Source: Phyllobates terribilis (lineage: Eukaryota). From it: a stretch of DNA of 64,000 nucleotides. The position numbers were made by a program, and so were the translations under genes. The notes under the pieces are model-generated. The model ran no database searches. It was given only the letters and a program-made list of their open reading frames with translations, and had not been told where the DNA came from. The stretch spans positions 639,406,001-639,470,000 of the forward strand of contig NW_027362762.1 in assembly GCF_046119375.1 (NCBI RefSeq). The letters run 5' to 3'. Of this stretch, positions 62,201 through 64,000 are shown one piece after another; the stretch's first letter is position 1; the number at the start of each line of letters is the position of its first letter.

Positions 62201-64000
62201 TACCCGAGAGTGGGGTACCACACCTCTGGCTGAGATGCAGTACCTCTGTGGCGACTGGACCCGCAGGGGCGCCACACTCACCTAAAGAGGGCACCAGGGC
62301 TGAAGATGATTTTAGCAACTGTATGGGAGACAAGAACCTGTTGGGCCTTATCCAATCTACCAGACTGTAAATATTGTAATTACTCCTTTCCCCCCAAGTA
62401 AAACCCCAGTTATGGTTAATAACTTTGTGTCCTCTGAAATTATGACTGCCCTGGTCCCAGAAGAGAAATGTCTGGAGACAGCCACGACCGGATGGTGTGA
62501 AGTAAGTGAAGAATGTCACATGCACTGCCACACATCAGAGGGAGGACACGAATTGTCTGCAAGGAGCCAAAAAGAGCAGGGGCCACAACTCGCCCACGAC
62601 TACCTCGCTGGGGCACCTTACAGGCCAATGCTGGTCCTTAACTTGTAGAACATTCAACTGAAAAGAATCACGGATTTCGGCGGCCCTCAGAACCAGGTCG
62701 TAATCATTACGGGGGCTCCGGTGCCTGCTGGCCTCATTAAGCAGCCTCAGGGGCCGTATGCGGCCCTCGGGCCGCATATTTGAGTCCCTTGCTGTATATG
62801 AACATACATACAAGCAAACCTAGGCCTGTTACCAAACAGTGAACTTGAAACTAGATAGATGTTCTGAACTGATTACTATAGAGGACTATCAACCTCCTAT
62901 ACAACATAGCTTATTCCTGTTTGAGAGGTATTGGAATGAAGAGGGAAATAAAAAATCACTCAAATACAAAAGACCAATCAGTCTGGAGGAGAAGGGTCAG
63001 ATTATCTCTAGAATTGTGACTCAATTTTTGCTGGGGACGAGGCACATCTTCCATCCCAGGGCCTACAGGTAGGTCTGGCCAGTCCGATGATGACACTGAA
63101 ACAAGAGGCAAACCAAGTCCTGCAGTAAACGCCGTAAATCTCCCATGCAGAGCTGAACATGTAAAGTACCAGAATGACGTACTTGTAGACAGAAGGGAAA
63201 ACCCCATGAATAAAGAATTTCTTGATGTCGCAATATGTCCAATAAAGGTCTCAGAGCTCTTCTCTTTTGTAGAGCGTGGTGTGATAGATCATGTTTAACA
63301 TGTTCCTGGTAGGTTATAGAATCCATCCCACGGGCCTTATTAAGAATATTTTGCTTCACTTTATATCTTACAGACACGGCGATACCAATTAGGTGTACTT
63401 TTTTGTTTAGTTTTTTTTAATTACAAACGCTGCGTTTTGAGTGCCAAAATGGTTTTTCGTGATTTGTGTACGTTTTTTTTTTTACATATTTTAACTTTTT
63501 TAAAATTTTTCCCTGTGGGACATGTATAATTTTTACTTTGATTTCTGGTCTCATACACTGCAGTGCATGAGAGCAGTCAGCGAGTCACTGACTCACCCTG
63601 TGAGACCCAGCTTATAGTTGGATCTCACAGGCCACCATACCCTGGGGTCATCACATGACCTCAGGGTAAAATGGTAACCATTAAGATCCGCGATTCTCAC
63701 TGCGAGGTTCCAACGGTTACTAAGAGGGTCTTGCAACATGCACAGCTGACACCCACAGAAACTGCAGCTGCCGGTATTTCCTTATTCCCAATCGCCGTTT
63801 TAAAATGGCGATCAGGAATAAGGCCCCTTAACAATCACCTTTTCTAATGCGTATCGGTGGTCATTAAGTCATTAAGGTGTTAAAACCACGTTATCTGGTT
63901 AAAGCCCTATGTCCCTAATTTATTATGGAGATTTTTGAGCCATTAGAAAATGATGTTTTTCATGCAAAAACCACCTCAGAAAACTCCTTTTCTAGGAAGC

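Larger units (their letters stand above)
1..64000. repeat. Head-to-tail tandem array of a 16.8/18.5-kb unit (3 complete units plus 1 partial; continues off both window ends)
   Basis: The start sequence aagcagaagaggtgttggg recurs at 1, 16825, 35300 and 53772. The ORF track repeats with periods 16,824, 18,475 and 18,472. The period difference is a 1,651-bp Tc1 insertion (element plus TA) and a 3-bp deletion near 51287. I found only about 20 variable sites between units by eye. Confidence 0.99.

Noticed and set aside
1-64000. rDNA (45S/5S), tRNA or snRNA tandem array
   Set aside because: I recognised no rRNA, intact tRNA or snRNA in the unit. The only pol III boxes belong to a decayed SINE.

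Overview
This is eukaryotic DNA, most likely from a frog. That is an inference from the TTAA-flanked MITE, V-SINE, L2 and Penelope-type relics and a Xenopus-like centromeric histone. The whole window lies inside a head-to-tail tandem array of one very large, near-identical unit. In window phase the units are U1 1-16824 (16,824 bp), U2 16825-35299 (18,475 bp), U3 35300-53771 (18,472 bp) and U4 53772-64000 (partial). Each complete unit carries one intact gene with four coding exons on the minus strand, encoding a CENP-A (cenH3) centromeric histone H3 variant of 208 aa. The ORF track misses it because it is spliced. The protein has an unusually long (~110 aa) SQ/SP-rich N-terminal tail containing a perfect 23-aa internal duplication. 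U2 and U3 also carry a 1,649-bp IR/DR Tc1 transposon with a frameshifted DD34E transposase; U1 and U4 keep the empty TA site. The rest of the unit is a CpG-rich promoter-like patch plus nested TE relics (Harbinger-type element with a solo LTR, hAT element with a minisatellite and LTR fragment, L1, L2, SINE, old Tc1, MITEs, Penelope-like foldbacks). Unit-internal features are given in U1 coordinates. Offsets: U2 +16,824 (+18,475 after the Tc1 site at U1 ~6865); U3 +35,299, +36,950 after the Tc1 site, +36,947 after a 3-bp deletion at U1 ~14338; U4 +53,771 (+53,772 after U1 ~8620).
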